Virus record (IMG/VR): IMGVR_UViG_3300018026_000007
Span: 1 to 64,000 of that record
From: a virus
DNA length: 64,000 nucleotides
Strand: one strand, 5' to 3'
The position numbers and the translations under genes are program-made. Positions 46,301-54,058 of the stretch are shown here, in pieces (positions within the stretch are counted from its first letter, which is position 1; each line of letters opens with the position of its first letter). The notes under the pieces were generated by a model that was not told where the DNA came from, searched no databases, and saw only the letters and a list, made by a program, of their open reading frames with translations.

Positions 46301-48949
46301 AATGAATTAAATGTGAGCGCGGTCGGCACACCCGAAGGTGCGAAGCTGGTCGGCAACAAACTGGACCAGGAAGCGGGCTGGGATGCCAAGAATAAAGAAC
46401 TCGTGCCGTATGAAGGTAAAGGTAAACAGACTTCGTTCCCTGGCTATCCGCTTGAGCAGCGACTGAAGGAACTCGGGACGCCAGAAGGTGGCACGATTTC
46501 TCCGATTCTTGAGGCGCGCAAAGCACCAGAAGAGCCGACGCTGCCGCTGTCCCAATTCAAAATCATTGGCGGCAAAGAAGAAGAATTCCAACAGGCAGTG
46601 AAGAACTCCCCGTTCGCGGGCATTAGCAAGCGCGGGCTGACCGTGAACTTGACACGATTCCAGAAGCCAGAACAGAAGGGTGAACAAGCTGGGCGTGGTG
46701 GCGTCTTCTATTTGGGCGGCGAAGGCGGAGCAGGTTACTATGCTCGCAAAACAGTGGGCGGAATGCCTGTGCCATACGGCGGCCCAGAAGAAATGCGCGG
46801 ACGAACTACGTTCCAGAACCCGCTGATTGTGAAGGGTGGATTTGGCGGGCATATGCAAGAAAAAGCCATAGATGCATTATCTGGTGGGGCCAAAACACTG
46901 AGGGGACTTTTCATTGCCGCTCATACTGCAGCACAATTCAAAGCGGGCGATGAACAAGTTCAGGCAATCGCCGATGTATTGAAACAATATGGTGGAAATC
47001 CTCAATCCGCTTATGATATATGGGCGGGGTCAAGAAGCACTCAGCAAATAGCCGCAGCGGTCTACGACCATGTGGTAGGACAAATGGCAAAAGACGCAGG
47101 ACATGATGCCATCATTGGCTACTACAAAAAGCCAGGTGGCGGCTATCGTATTTCGGAAGTCTTCGACCTAACTGCTGAAACATTCCCAGAGAAGTCAGAA
47201 CCCAAGGGTGCGACGACGGTGCTGCAAAAGCATCCGCTTGTAATCGAAGGGACGGGACCTGGCGGACGTACGACGGTCGTCGATTTGGCAAGCGCGTTGA
47301 ACGAATGGTCGCAAGCGGGATTGAAACCCAAGAAGGAAATCAGTGTTGCTCTTGACCGCGCTCGGGCCGAACTACAATATCAATTGGCGCAGGACAACAG
47401 CGGGCTAAACTGGTACAAGTCCGATGTGAAAGACGCCATCGGGCACCTGCAGGCAAATGGATTCCCTGAGTTGAAAGACCCTGTCCAGGACAAACTATTC
47501 CGCGTTCTGTGGGGAGTCACTTCGTACGGCGTTGACCCCGATGTCAATCTGACTTCGGCGGCGGAAGCCTGGAAGCAATACAAGGAAACTGGCAAGATTC
47601 CGCTCAAGGCGGACGCGAAAACTAACTGGCCTGGCTACAGCGGCATCAAGGGTAGCATCACGCTCTTGAACAAACTGATCGACGAGAAGGGCGAACAGGG
47701 CGCGGTCGATTGGCTGCTCTCGAAGCATCCCGTGAGCGAGATTCGCGAACAGAAATTGAAGACCCATGAAGTTCATGGTGTAGCTGGAAAAGCGGGCGAA
47801 GAAAAATATGGAGCCTTTATCTTCGGTCCCAAAGGCGGACCATACACACTCAGTCTGCAGGGTATTACTGACCACACGACCGTTGACGTGTGGGGCGCGC
47901 GCATGATTCGTCGTTGGACTGGCACGCTGACGCCCGAGAGCATGATCCAGCCCGTGACGCCAGGAGAGGCGCGGAAGTTTCATCAGGTAGTTGAGAACGT
48001 CGGCAAAGAGTTTGGACTTGACACGTCGGATGTCCAGGCGGTACTATGGGGGTACGAGCACGATCTATACGAAGCTCACGGCGCGGGCGAAGCCGCGAAG
48101 AGTTACAAGGGAGCAGCAGAAAAATATGTCACAAGACAAAAAGAAGGAAACACCCGAGACTTCATCCGAGAGCAATCAGGTCTTTTCGCCGAAAAATATG
48201 CAAGACCGATGGAACAAGCTCAAGGCGGCAGGGAAAGTGCCCCCGCTGGCGGACCTGCTGAAAGTCGTACAGAAGGGCTGATGGAGGGTCTCTCCCGTCT
48301 CGGCAAGCCCGCTGAACCAAGCGAAGCTGCCGAGCCCGAAGAGGGCGATACTTCCTTTCAGTTTGGCGCGAATGTTCTCAAGGGCTTGGAAAAACCTGGC
48401 TCCGCAGCCAAGAAGCCCATCCCAACAAAACTCAAGCAAACCAAGACGGTCGCGGATAATATGAACGATCCCGACACCCGTTTCAATGCTGCCCGTCATG
48501 AGGCAGCGCACGCCGTCATTAGCGAAGCACTGAATCCTGGCTCTGTCAACATGACTGGACTCACGGCTGGTGGTGGCGTGACCGACATCCAGCCGCCCGC
48601 TGGAAAGCAAACCGTGGGTCAACTCTCGCCCGACGAGGTTCGCAATATGATCGCCACGTCGTACGCGGGTGGTCTCTCGGAACAGGGCGGCACGACCGCG
48701 CGGCATGCGAGCGGCGATGTGGCAGCACGAGCCCAGGTCCTGGCGGGCAGGGGAACAGCGGCATTTGGGCAGGCTCCTGAACTGCAGGCGGAAGCGCGGG
48801 CCCGTGTGAATGCGTTGCTGGCTGATCCTGCGGTGCAACAGCACATCAACACGTTGACGACACACATCACGACCAAGGGAAAGCTCTCGGGTGATGAAGT
48901 CCGCGCGATTTTGAAGGGGCAAACGCAGTCCTTGACACCCGTGCGGTAA
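43376..48949 (+). CDS. 1857-aa multi-domain (polyvalent) protein, probably virion-delivered
   Basis: GNAT motif A VKPELRGKGIGQKLY; two zincin domains HELAH..LAGG..E..GD and HEAAH..YAGG..E..GD; a domain with NWY...GPK...TVDVW..R...QAVLW resembling helix-hairpin-helix glycosylase-like folds. Confidence 0.75.
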   Translation: MADDQTPTQTPAAPPAEPAEGVLHSLATSVGIDPEAVKSAWRTIKADPVQAAKEIGGAQVDEFVEAAKHPVGAAMLALHGVVNSITNPEAQAQAKARLHSPGIMNKLIGAQEYLTSGIPFVGGGYAKAEEQGARGNLPGAIGTIVGTTAPILAGEAARVPEAIHEAGAEARASMAARHEARIAEAKTGDVITVRPDEQTLPPAPAEAAPEAKAAAAPEAKVAPEGGVVPTHIDFSKIGGIERRGPTTFGRGQGSFPDTVNTTFQIMRELETPTGTAPEAPEIRTEGPTWDRMHSAYVGDEKVGSVGYKLDPEGEAKIYGSQVKPELRGKGIGQKLYRSAIEEARNAGATRIMSDPTHLSPDAARVWERLQGRGLPVESITHPTGEPGYQIDFEKQAEPPAATPEPQFEQTLARRGQLPNQKVNLSDAYGATGKYVGGLVDYRPPADMPAASPLEAANKLHGVTHGPELLPIPEHLMTPGGTSHDTITHELAHGVVADLVGLPTEGAEVYSHLHPVATARGSAATIDLPYHKIPGTRQDFLSGDVHFPRPVLEATWPKFIPTYLAGGVAQELVHGIPFEKNEGMYGDLEGLHHIGKMMGFTRAETQDMINAGIQQTRDLLNHPETLEILRKSAGEREEGLPRTLHASADKVQDVIRQVREARHEPIITEAGAEHGAVPAEAEPRAAGAGAEKDVREDYGQGISPRAEARKVGAEYHPDLQKLADQFGVDSDAEKIRNGASFIAPDGKFIHLSGGATHDAAIDWATGRGVTKEAPDNRVAFLRDTGAVRTRFTTGKAGNQLAVSVPKAGITPEQVNALKQAVGQGLGRNGNLTMEIGEPSGAAAGPKEFATPKDVEPMLKQIGAHPEQAVTPKLDARKRAAIQNNVTPIEHTTANDLMFEQGKKDWAARAAESVKTGGFTIHPETGHIPEEGHVIEVAPEQRKALPATPTKEDIEQFHAERKPLFQQHPELHVGGYGNELNVSAVGTPEGAKLVGNKLDQEAGWDAKNKELVPYEGKGKQTSFPGYPLEQRLKELGTPEGGTISPILEARKAPEEPTLPLSQFKIIGGKEEEFQQAVKNSPFAGISKRGLTVNLTRFQKPEQKGEQAGRGGVFYLGGEGGAGYYARKTVGGMPVPYGGPEEMRGRTTFQNPLIVKGGFGGHMQEKAIDALSGGAKTLRGLFIAAHTAAQFKAGDEQVQAIADVLKQYGGNPQSAYDIWAGSRSTQQIAAAVYDHVVGQMAKDAGHDAIIGYYKKPGGGYRISEVFDLTAETFPEKSEPKGATTVLQKHPLVIEGTGPGGRTTVVDLASALNEWSQAGLKPKKEISVALDRARAELQYQLAQDNSGLNWYKSDVKDAIGHLQANGFPELKDPVQDKLFRVLWGVTSYGVDPDVNLTSAAEAWKQYKETGKIPLKADAKTNWPGYSGIKGSITLLNKLIDEKGEQGAVDWLLSKHPVSEIREQKLKTHEVHGVAGKAGEEKYGAFIFGPKGGPYTLSLQGITDHTTVDVWGARMIRRWTGTLTPESMIQPVTPGEARKFHQVVENVGKEFGLDTSDVQAVLWGYEHDLYEAHGAGEAAKSYKGAAEKYVTRQKEGNTRDFIREQSGLFAEKYARPMEQAQGGRESAPAGGPAESRTEGLMEGLSRLGKPAEPSEAAEPEEGDTSFQFGANVLKGLEKPGSAAKKPIPTKLKQTKTVADNMNDPDTRFNAARHEAAHAVISEALNPGSVNMTGLTAGGGVTDIQPPAGKQTVGQLSPDEVRNMIATSYAGGLSEQGGTTARHASGDVAARAQVLAGRGTAAFGQAPELQAEARARVNALLADPAVQQHINTLTTHITTKGKLSGDEVRAILKGQTQSLTPVR
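45360..45506 (+). CDS. Nested +1-frame 48-aa ORF inside the giant gene
   Basis: AAGGGAGG SD 6 nt before ATG; MNQSLLKLGLNMAQSLRKLNPEQQEQARKKMYEKTTGKEYRPAQKQEK. Confidence 0.55.
   Translation: MNQSLLKLGLNMAQSLRKLNPEQQEQARKKMYEKTTGKEYRPAQKQEK
48126..48281 (+). CDS. Nested +1-frame 51-aa ORF inside the giant gene
   Basis: MSQDKKKE...MQDRWNKLKAAGKVPPLADLLKVVQKG; AGGGAG upstream with long spacing. Confidence 0.45.
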   Translation: MSQDKKKETPETSSESNQVFSPKNMQDRWNKLKAAGKVPPLADLLKVVQKG

Positions 48950-48966
48950 GCGTGTAACATAGGGGT

Positions 48967-49212
48967 ATGTTCGACCACGTCCTGCTGGTCTTACTTCTCC
49001 TAGCCGACATCCTGTGCTGGTATGAAGCGCGGCGGTCGGGCAATGTCATGCAACTCTATTTTAGGGAGCGGCATCGATGGTACGCAGCGAGAGCCAAAAA
49101 GACCGAGCCAAAGACCTCCGAATCCAGCGTAAATTTGGCATCACTCTCGCCGACCGTAACGAGCGAGCCCGCCAACAAGACGGCAAATGCAAAATCTGCG
49201 GTGGTCCCCTAG
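48967..49212 (+). CDS. Small membrane protein, leaderless
   Basis: TTGACA 48932/TAACAT 48955, ATG 6 nt later; N-terminal TM helix. Confidence 0.55.
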   Translation: MFDHVLLVLLLLADILCWYEARRSGNVMQLYFRERHRWYAARAKKTEPKTSESSVNLASLSPTVTSEPANKTANAKSAVVP

Positions 49213-49544
49213 ATGCGCATGGGCACCCGTGTGTGGATCACTTCCATTTTAAGGTGTGCGCGACCAGGCAAACCGATCCCCATATGATCGCTATGGGTTT
49301 GAAATGGTTCGCCCAAGGTTGCGACGAACAGCGCAAAGTTGTTTTTTCGAAACACGCGCGCACCAAAGCGGCAGCAATCGCAGGTGTGAAAAAAGAAATG
49401 ATGCCGCAGTCGATTCGAGGAATTCTGTGCGGGAAGTGCAACTACGGGTTGGGATACATCGAGCGATTTTTCGATGCAGCGGCGCATCCAGAAAATTTGC
49501 AGCCCGTGATGGATTATCTCTTTGCTCGACTAAAAAAGTCTTGA
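49077..49544 (+). CDS. Endonuclease VII-like (His-Me finger) nuclease
   Basis: KFGIT...Q.GKCKIC...VDH.H...IRGILC..CN.GLG. Confidence 0.85.
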   Translation: MVRSESQKDRAKDLRIQRKFGITLADRNERARQQDGKCKICGGPLDAHGHPCVDHFHFKVCATRQTDPHMIAMGLKWFAQGCDEQRKVVFSKHARTKAAAIAGVKKEMMPQSIRGILCGKCNYGLGYIERFFDAAAHPENLQPVMDYLFARLKKS

Positions 49545-49587
49545 CATTGGGCTAGTACTGCCGCACTATATAGACCTGGAGACTAAA

Positions 49588-50328
49588 ATGTCCGATACAC
49601 CTGCCATGTCCTTCCTGAAAACCCATGAACGTCTAATTATTATTGTTTTGAGCTTGTTGGCCAGTCTGTATTTTGTGCATCGCGGCTTGAACGCCTGGGA
49701 AGCTCACGACCAGCGAACCGACATCTTGGCTCATGCCAAGCTCCAAGCGGACACCGATGCCGTCAAACAGATTGCGGCGGATAATGCGAAAGCTGCCGCC
49801 CAATACCAGACTCTCGCGACCCAACTCGCCGCTGCAAACAAGGCACTGGCGAACGCGCAGGCTACACGCAACGCCGTGACGCAAACTCAACAAGCCGCCG
49901 ACCGAACACTCCCCCCGAATGAACTGGGCAAACGATGGGCAGCTTTGTTGAATGCTGCGCCTGAGTCCATTCAAGTCGAGCCTGGGGGTAAGGGTATTCC
50001 CGATGCATTGTTGGTGACACCCGCAGCGGCGATAGAAACGGTCGTGCAACTCGAAAGTGTGCCGACTCTGCAGGCCGACCTGAAGGACGAACAGACCATC
50101 GCCACCAATCAGACAACGCAACTCACGAGCCTGGCATCCATTAACGTCGGGCTGAATAAGCAAATCGATGCACTGAACATCGAGAATGTCGCGGCAGCAA
50201 ATGCATGCACTGACGACAAAAATTTACTGAAGGCGCAGGCACGCAAATCCAAGCTGCATTGGTTCGAAGCGGGCGTTGTTGTTGGGTTCATCGGACGCCA
50301 AATAATCAAGACTTATACTGGCTTTTAA
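49588..50328 (+). CDS. Membrane-anchored coiled-coil protein (spanin-like)
   Basis: N-terminal TM, Ala/Gln coiled coil, C-terminal hydrophobic segment. Confidence 0.5.
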   Translation: MSDTPAMSFLKTHERLIIIVLSLLASLYFVHRGLNAWEAHDQRTDILAHAKLQADTDAVKQIAADNAKAAAQYQTLATQLAAANKALANAQATRNAVTQTQQAADRTLPPNELGKRWAALLNAAPESIQVEPGGKGIPDALLVTPAAAIETVVQLESVPTLQADLKDEQTIATNQTTQLTSLASINVGLNKQIDALNIENVAAANACTDDKNLLKAQARKSKLHWFEAGVVVGFIGRQIIKTYTGF

Positions 50329-50336
50329 GGGGGCTT

Positions 50337-50642
50337 ATGCCGCTACCTGCGGGTTTCAGAGTGAACGGGGCGAAAGTCTTGTCCACAAATCAGATGCCGA
50401 TCCCTCCAATGGTTCAGAAAATCATCGCGTTTCTTGATAAGTTGCCGTTCGGTGATATCGTGACGACTATGGAACTTGGAGAGCAGATGGGCCTGTCACC
50501 ATCAGGCTCTCAACTCCGACATCCCATTCTGCGAGACTACCGCGAGAAGGTTGACCAGAAACTGTTCTGGGGCAGCACAAAGAGCATTGCAAAGTTGCGT
50601 GCGCAGTTGACAGAACCCGAGGAAACCAATGGCGAAAATTAA
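50337..50642 (+). CDS. Hypothetical protein
   Basis: AAGGGGG RBS; overlaps the start of the next gene. Confidence 0.55.
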   Translation: MPLPAGFRVNGAKVLSTNQMPIPPMVQKIIAFLDKLPFGDIVTTMELGEQMGLSPSGSQLRHPILRDYREKVDQKLFWGSTKSIAKLRAQLTEPEETNGEN

Positions 50643-51684
50643 GGATGTAGTGGCAAAAGCAAAACCCGTCTCCGAAAAGGCAAAAGTTGATCTTGCTCTG
50701 CAGGCGTTGCGGGACAAGCGTGAAGGGAAAGAAGTCCAAATCCATGCGCTGCAGGAGAAAGTGGTGCAACTCGAAACTGAGTTGCATACGATTACCGACT
50801 TCCGCCAGTTAACTCCCCAGGCATCCGAGATTCACCCCCACGTATCGACGGGCACGAGCGAATCGGCAGCGGTCGCGGTATGGTCCGACCACCACAATGA
50901 AGAGAAAGTGGACCCAGGTCAAGTCAGCGGCAAGAATGAATTCAATCTCGAAATCTATGACCGCCGATTCTCCCAGTTGGTTCATGGTACGTTGGCGTGG
51001 CTGGGCATCGAGCAACAAAAAACAAATATCCACACTCTGGTCATTGCACTACTGGGCGACTTTTTCAACAACAACATTCACGAAGACGCGGCTGAGTCCA
51101 ATCTTCTCGCGCCAATGGATGCGGCGTACAATGCGCAGAATCACTTGATCGGCGGCATCGATTACATTCTGGCGCACACCCCAAAAGACCTGGAGCTTCT
51201 CGTTGTCTGCCACAGCGGCAATCACGCGCGGACAACAAAGAAACAGCGCATCGCAACCGAAGCGGGAAACTCGCTGGAAAACTACATGTACTACGTGATG
51301 CGGGACCACTACAAAGACAACCCGCGCATAAAATTCCAGGTCGCGACTGGCTATCACTCGTATGTCACCTTCTTCGACAAGTATGTGGTGCGGTTCCACC
51401 ATGGACACCAGATTAACTACCAGGGAGGCGTTGGAGGCATAACCATCCCCGTGAACAAGGCCATCGCGCAGTGGAACAAAGCGCGGGTCGCGAATCTCGA
51501 CGTGTTCGGCCACTTCCACACCAAATTTGACGGCGGAAATTTCATTTGCAACGGTAGCCTGATCGGCTATAATGCTTACGCTGTTTCGATCAAGGCATCG
51601 TTTGAGAAGCCGAGCCAAACTATCTTCCTTGTGAACAAAAAGTTCATGGAGAAGACGATGACTGCACCAATTTTCCTTGAGTAG
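50629..51684 (+). CDS. Calcineurin-like metallophosphoesterase
   Basis: SDHH, LGD, GNH, HHGH and GHFH motifs. Confidence 0.8.
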   Translation: MAKIKDVVAKAKPVSEKAKVDLALQALRDKREGKEVQIHALQEKVVQLETELHTITDFRQLTPQASEIHPHVSTGTSESAAVAVWSDHHNEEKVDPGQVSGKNEFNLEIYDRRFSQLVHGTLAWLGIEQQKTNIHTLVIALLGDFFNNNIHEDAAESNLLAPMDAAYNAQNHLIGGIDYILAHTPKDLELLVVCHSGNHARTTKKQRIATEAGNSLENYMYYVMRDHYKDNPRIKFQVATGYHSYVTFFDKYVVRFHHGHQINYQGGVGGITIPVNKAIAQWNKARVANLDVFGHFHTKFDGGNFICNGSLIGYNAYAVSIKASFEKPSQTIFLVNKKFMEKTMTAPIFLE

Positions 51685-51705
51685 TCGCCCAGTTCGGAGG
51701 CATCC

Positions 51706-52722
51706 GTGAGCAGCAAAGACGAAGTGTCTACAAATCTATCTGACGTGGTCGCAGGCATCGAAAAGCAACACGGCAAGGGTTCTATCATGATGCTGGGCAG
51801 CAAGGAATTTGTGCCCATCGATGTGATCCCCACGTCATCGCTGGCTCTCGACGAAGCTCTGGGCGTCGGCGGGCTTCCACGCGGGCGCGTTGTTGAAATC
51901 TACGGGCCCGAGTCGGGCGGCAAGACCACTCTGGCACTCCACATCATCGCCGAAGCGCAAAAACTCGGCGGTAAGGCAGCCTTCGTAGACGCCGAGCATG
52001 CCCTGGACCCAGTCTACGCTCGCAAGCTGGGCGTCGATGTTGACCACCTGCTGGTGTCTCAGCCCGATAACGGAGAACAGGCACTGGAAATCACAGAGTC
52101 CTTGATTCAGTCGGGCAAAATCGCCATCATCGTGGTTGATTCGGTGGCGGCCCTAGTGCCGAAGGCCGAACTTGAAGGCGATATGGGTGATCCGCAGATG
52201 GGACTTCAGGCGCGCCTGATGTCACAAGCTCTGCGCAAGCTCACGGGCATCACGAATCAGACCAAGACGGTGCTGATTTTCATCAATCAGATTCGCGAAA
52301 AGATCGGCGTGATGTTCGGCAATCCCGAGACAACGACGGGCGGGCGCGCTCTGAAGTTTTATGCATCCGTCCGCCTAGATATCCGCAAGATCGGGGTCAT
52401 CAAAGATGGCGACAAGGTGATTGGTGCCGACACCCGTATCAAAGTTGTCAAGAATAAAGTTGCCAGCCCATTTCGTGAAGCGGAAGTCCGCATCCTGTAT
52501 GGGTACGGCATCTCGCACGAGACTGATTTGCTGCGCCTGGGCGAGCAGCATAAGGTTCTCGAAAAGAGCGGCACTTGGTTTTCATATAGGGACGAGCGAC
52601 TGGGACAAGGGGAAGAAAGAGCCCGTTTGTTTTTGGTCGAACATCCCGAAGTCGCGGGCAAGATTGAAACAGAACTGCGCAAGCTAATCTTCAAAAACGA
52701 GGTGAAAGATGTCTCAAAGTGA
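51706..52722 (+). CDS. recA: Recombinase RecA
   Basis: [45 protein letters not shown]. Confidence 0.97.
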   Translation: MSSKDEVSTNLSDVVAGIEKQHGKGSIMMLGSKEFVPIDVIPTSSLALDEALGVGGLPRGRVVEIYGPESGGKTTLALHIIAEAQKLGGKAAFVDAEHALDPVYARKLGVDVDHLLVSQPDNGEQALEITESLIQSGKIAIIVVDSVAALVPKAELEGDMGDPQMGLQARLMSQALRKLTGITNQTKTVLIFINQIREKIGVMFGNPETTTGGRALKFYASVRLDIRKIGVIKDGDKVIGADTRIKVVKNKVASPFREAEVRILYGYGISHETDLLRLGEQHKVLEKSGTWFSYRDERLGQGEERARLFLVEHPEVAGKIETELRKLIFKNEVKDVSK

Positions 52723-53164
52723 AAAAGCAACGTATTTTGTTTCCAGCGGAAACTCTGGCCCGATAATCGCGCCTGGGCATATAATCGCGCCTGGGCATAT
52801 AATCTGCGTTACAAATCCGCTTCTGCCTGCCGACCCCCAAGAACGGAAGCAGATTCCGATAGGGACAGGAGTGCTGGACTATTTCCCAGCCGCTCTGGCC
52901 GAAGTCGCCAAGGTCTCGTTTCATGGCAACCAGCAGCATAATCCTGGCGAGCCGCTACATTGGGCGCGCGGGAAGAGCACCGACCAGGCCGATACCATTG
53001 TCCGCCACTACCTGGAGCGTGGCAAGATCGATACTGATGGCATGCGGCACTCCGCGAAGCTCGCATGGCGTGCCCTGGCCTTGCTGCAACTCGAACTCGA
53101 AGCCGAAGGCGCGCCTATTGCGCGTGGTGCCAAGCTCCCAGACGTTAAAGTGGAGGGGAAATAA
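52709..53164 (+). CDS. dATP/dGTP diphosphohydrolase-like (DUF5664)
   Basis: [26 protein letters not shown]...RH...H.A..AWRALA. Confidence 0.75.
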   Translation: MSQSEKATYFVSSGNSGPIIAPGHIIAPGHIICVTNPLLPADPQERKQIPIGTGVLDYFPAALAEVAKVSFHGNQQHNPGEPLHWARGKSTDQADTIVRHYLERGKIDTDGMRHSAKLAWRALALLQLELEAEGAPIARGAKLPDVKVEGK

Positions 53165-53610
53165 TGAGCACTCTTAGCGACCGTTTCATTACTGCCTTTG
53201 AAGATTTTCAAGCCGAAGCGGCGACCATTAACCAGAAAAACGGGTTCACCAATCAAGATTCCCGTCTCAGACAACTACAAGCCTACCTCATTGGCCTGGA
53301 TCGATGTGAATTTCTTCCGCTTCTAGAGCAATATGAGAACGCCCGCATTGGTTTGAAGCTGGCTCTTGTCACGAGTGAACTCAGCGAAGCCCTCGAAGCA
53401 GTCAGGACAAACGCGGAGGCGGACGATCATATCCCTGACTTCACAGCAGAAGAGGCCGAGATTGCTGACGCCGTGATCCGTCTCATGAACTACGCCACCG
53501 ACCGCAAGTTGCGACTAGCGGACGCCATCGTGGCGAAGAATGAGTACAACCGCAATCGTCCCGACCACCGCCCAGAAAATCGTGCGTTCCCCCACGGCAA
53601 AAAATTCTAA
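53164..53610 (+). CDS. MazG-like nucleotide pyrophosphohydrolase
   Basis: SELSEALEA...EIADAVIR...K.EYN..R..HGKKF. Confidence 0.8.
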   Translation: MSTLSDRFITAFEDFQAEAATINQKNGFTNQDSRLRQLQAYLIGLDRCEFLPLLEQYENARIGLKLALVTSELSEALEAVRTNAEADDHIPDFTAEEAEIADAVIRLMNYATDRKLRLADAIVAKNEYNRNRPDHRPENRAFPHGKKF

Positions 53611-53615
53611 CGGAG

Positions 53616-54050
53616 ATGACCATGAAACCATTGAAAGTCTATTTGGCTGCGCCGTATTTAATGAAGGACGAGATTCAAGCGCGGGCAGAAGAACTGCGCG
53701 CGAGCGGGATCGTTGTCACGTCCAGTTGGCTCACCGAGCCGCATGCTCCGAGCACGCAAATGGCTGACATCACTCCCGAGCAGCACCGCACCTACGCCAT
53801 TCAGGACATGAAAGACGTGCGTGCAGCGGATATCCTGGTCTTTTGGACCGATCCGACCAAAACAATCATCCGCGCGGGGCGGCATGTCGAATTCGGTGTT
53901 GCGCTCGGCATCGGGCTCACGCGCAAGATACCGATCTTCGTTGTAGGTACCGAGTATGAGAACATCTTTCACTACATGCCCCAGGTCACGCATTTCGACT
54001 CGTGGGAGAAGGTGAAGGACCTGCTGTGCGCGATGGCAGTTCCCGCATAG
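53616..54050 (+). CDS. Nucleoside 2-deoxyribosyltransferase-like protein
   Basis: KVYLAAP...D..DV..ADILV...GRHVEFGVA. Confidence 0.8.
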   Translation: MTMKPLKVYLAAPYLMKDEIQARAEELRASGIVVTSSWLTEPHAPSTQMADITPEQHRTYAIQDMKDVRAADILVFWTDPTKTIIRAGRHVEFGVALGIGLTRKIPIFVVGTEYENIFHYMPQVTHFDSWEKVKDLLCAMAVPA

Positions 54051-54058
54051 GACATTCT

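Noticed and set aside
52763-52798. 18-bp tandem duplication (IIAPGH twice)
   Set aside because: Simple slippage in a non-conserved N-terminus.
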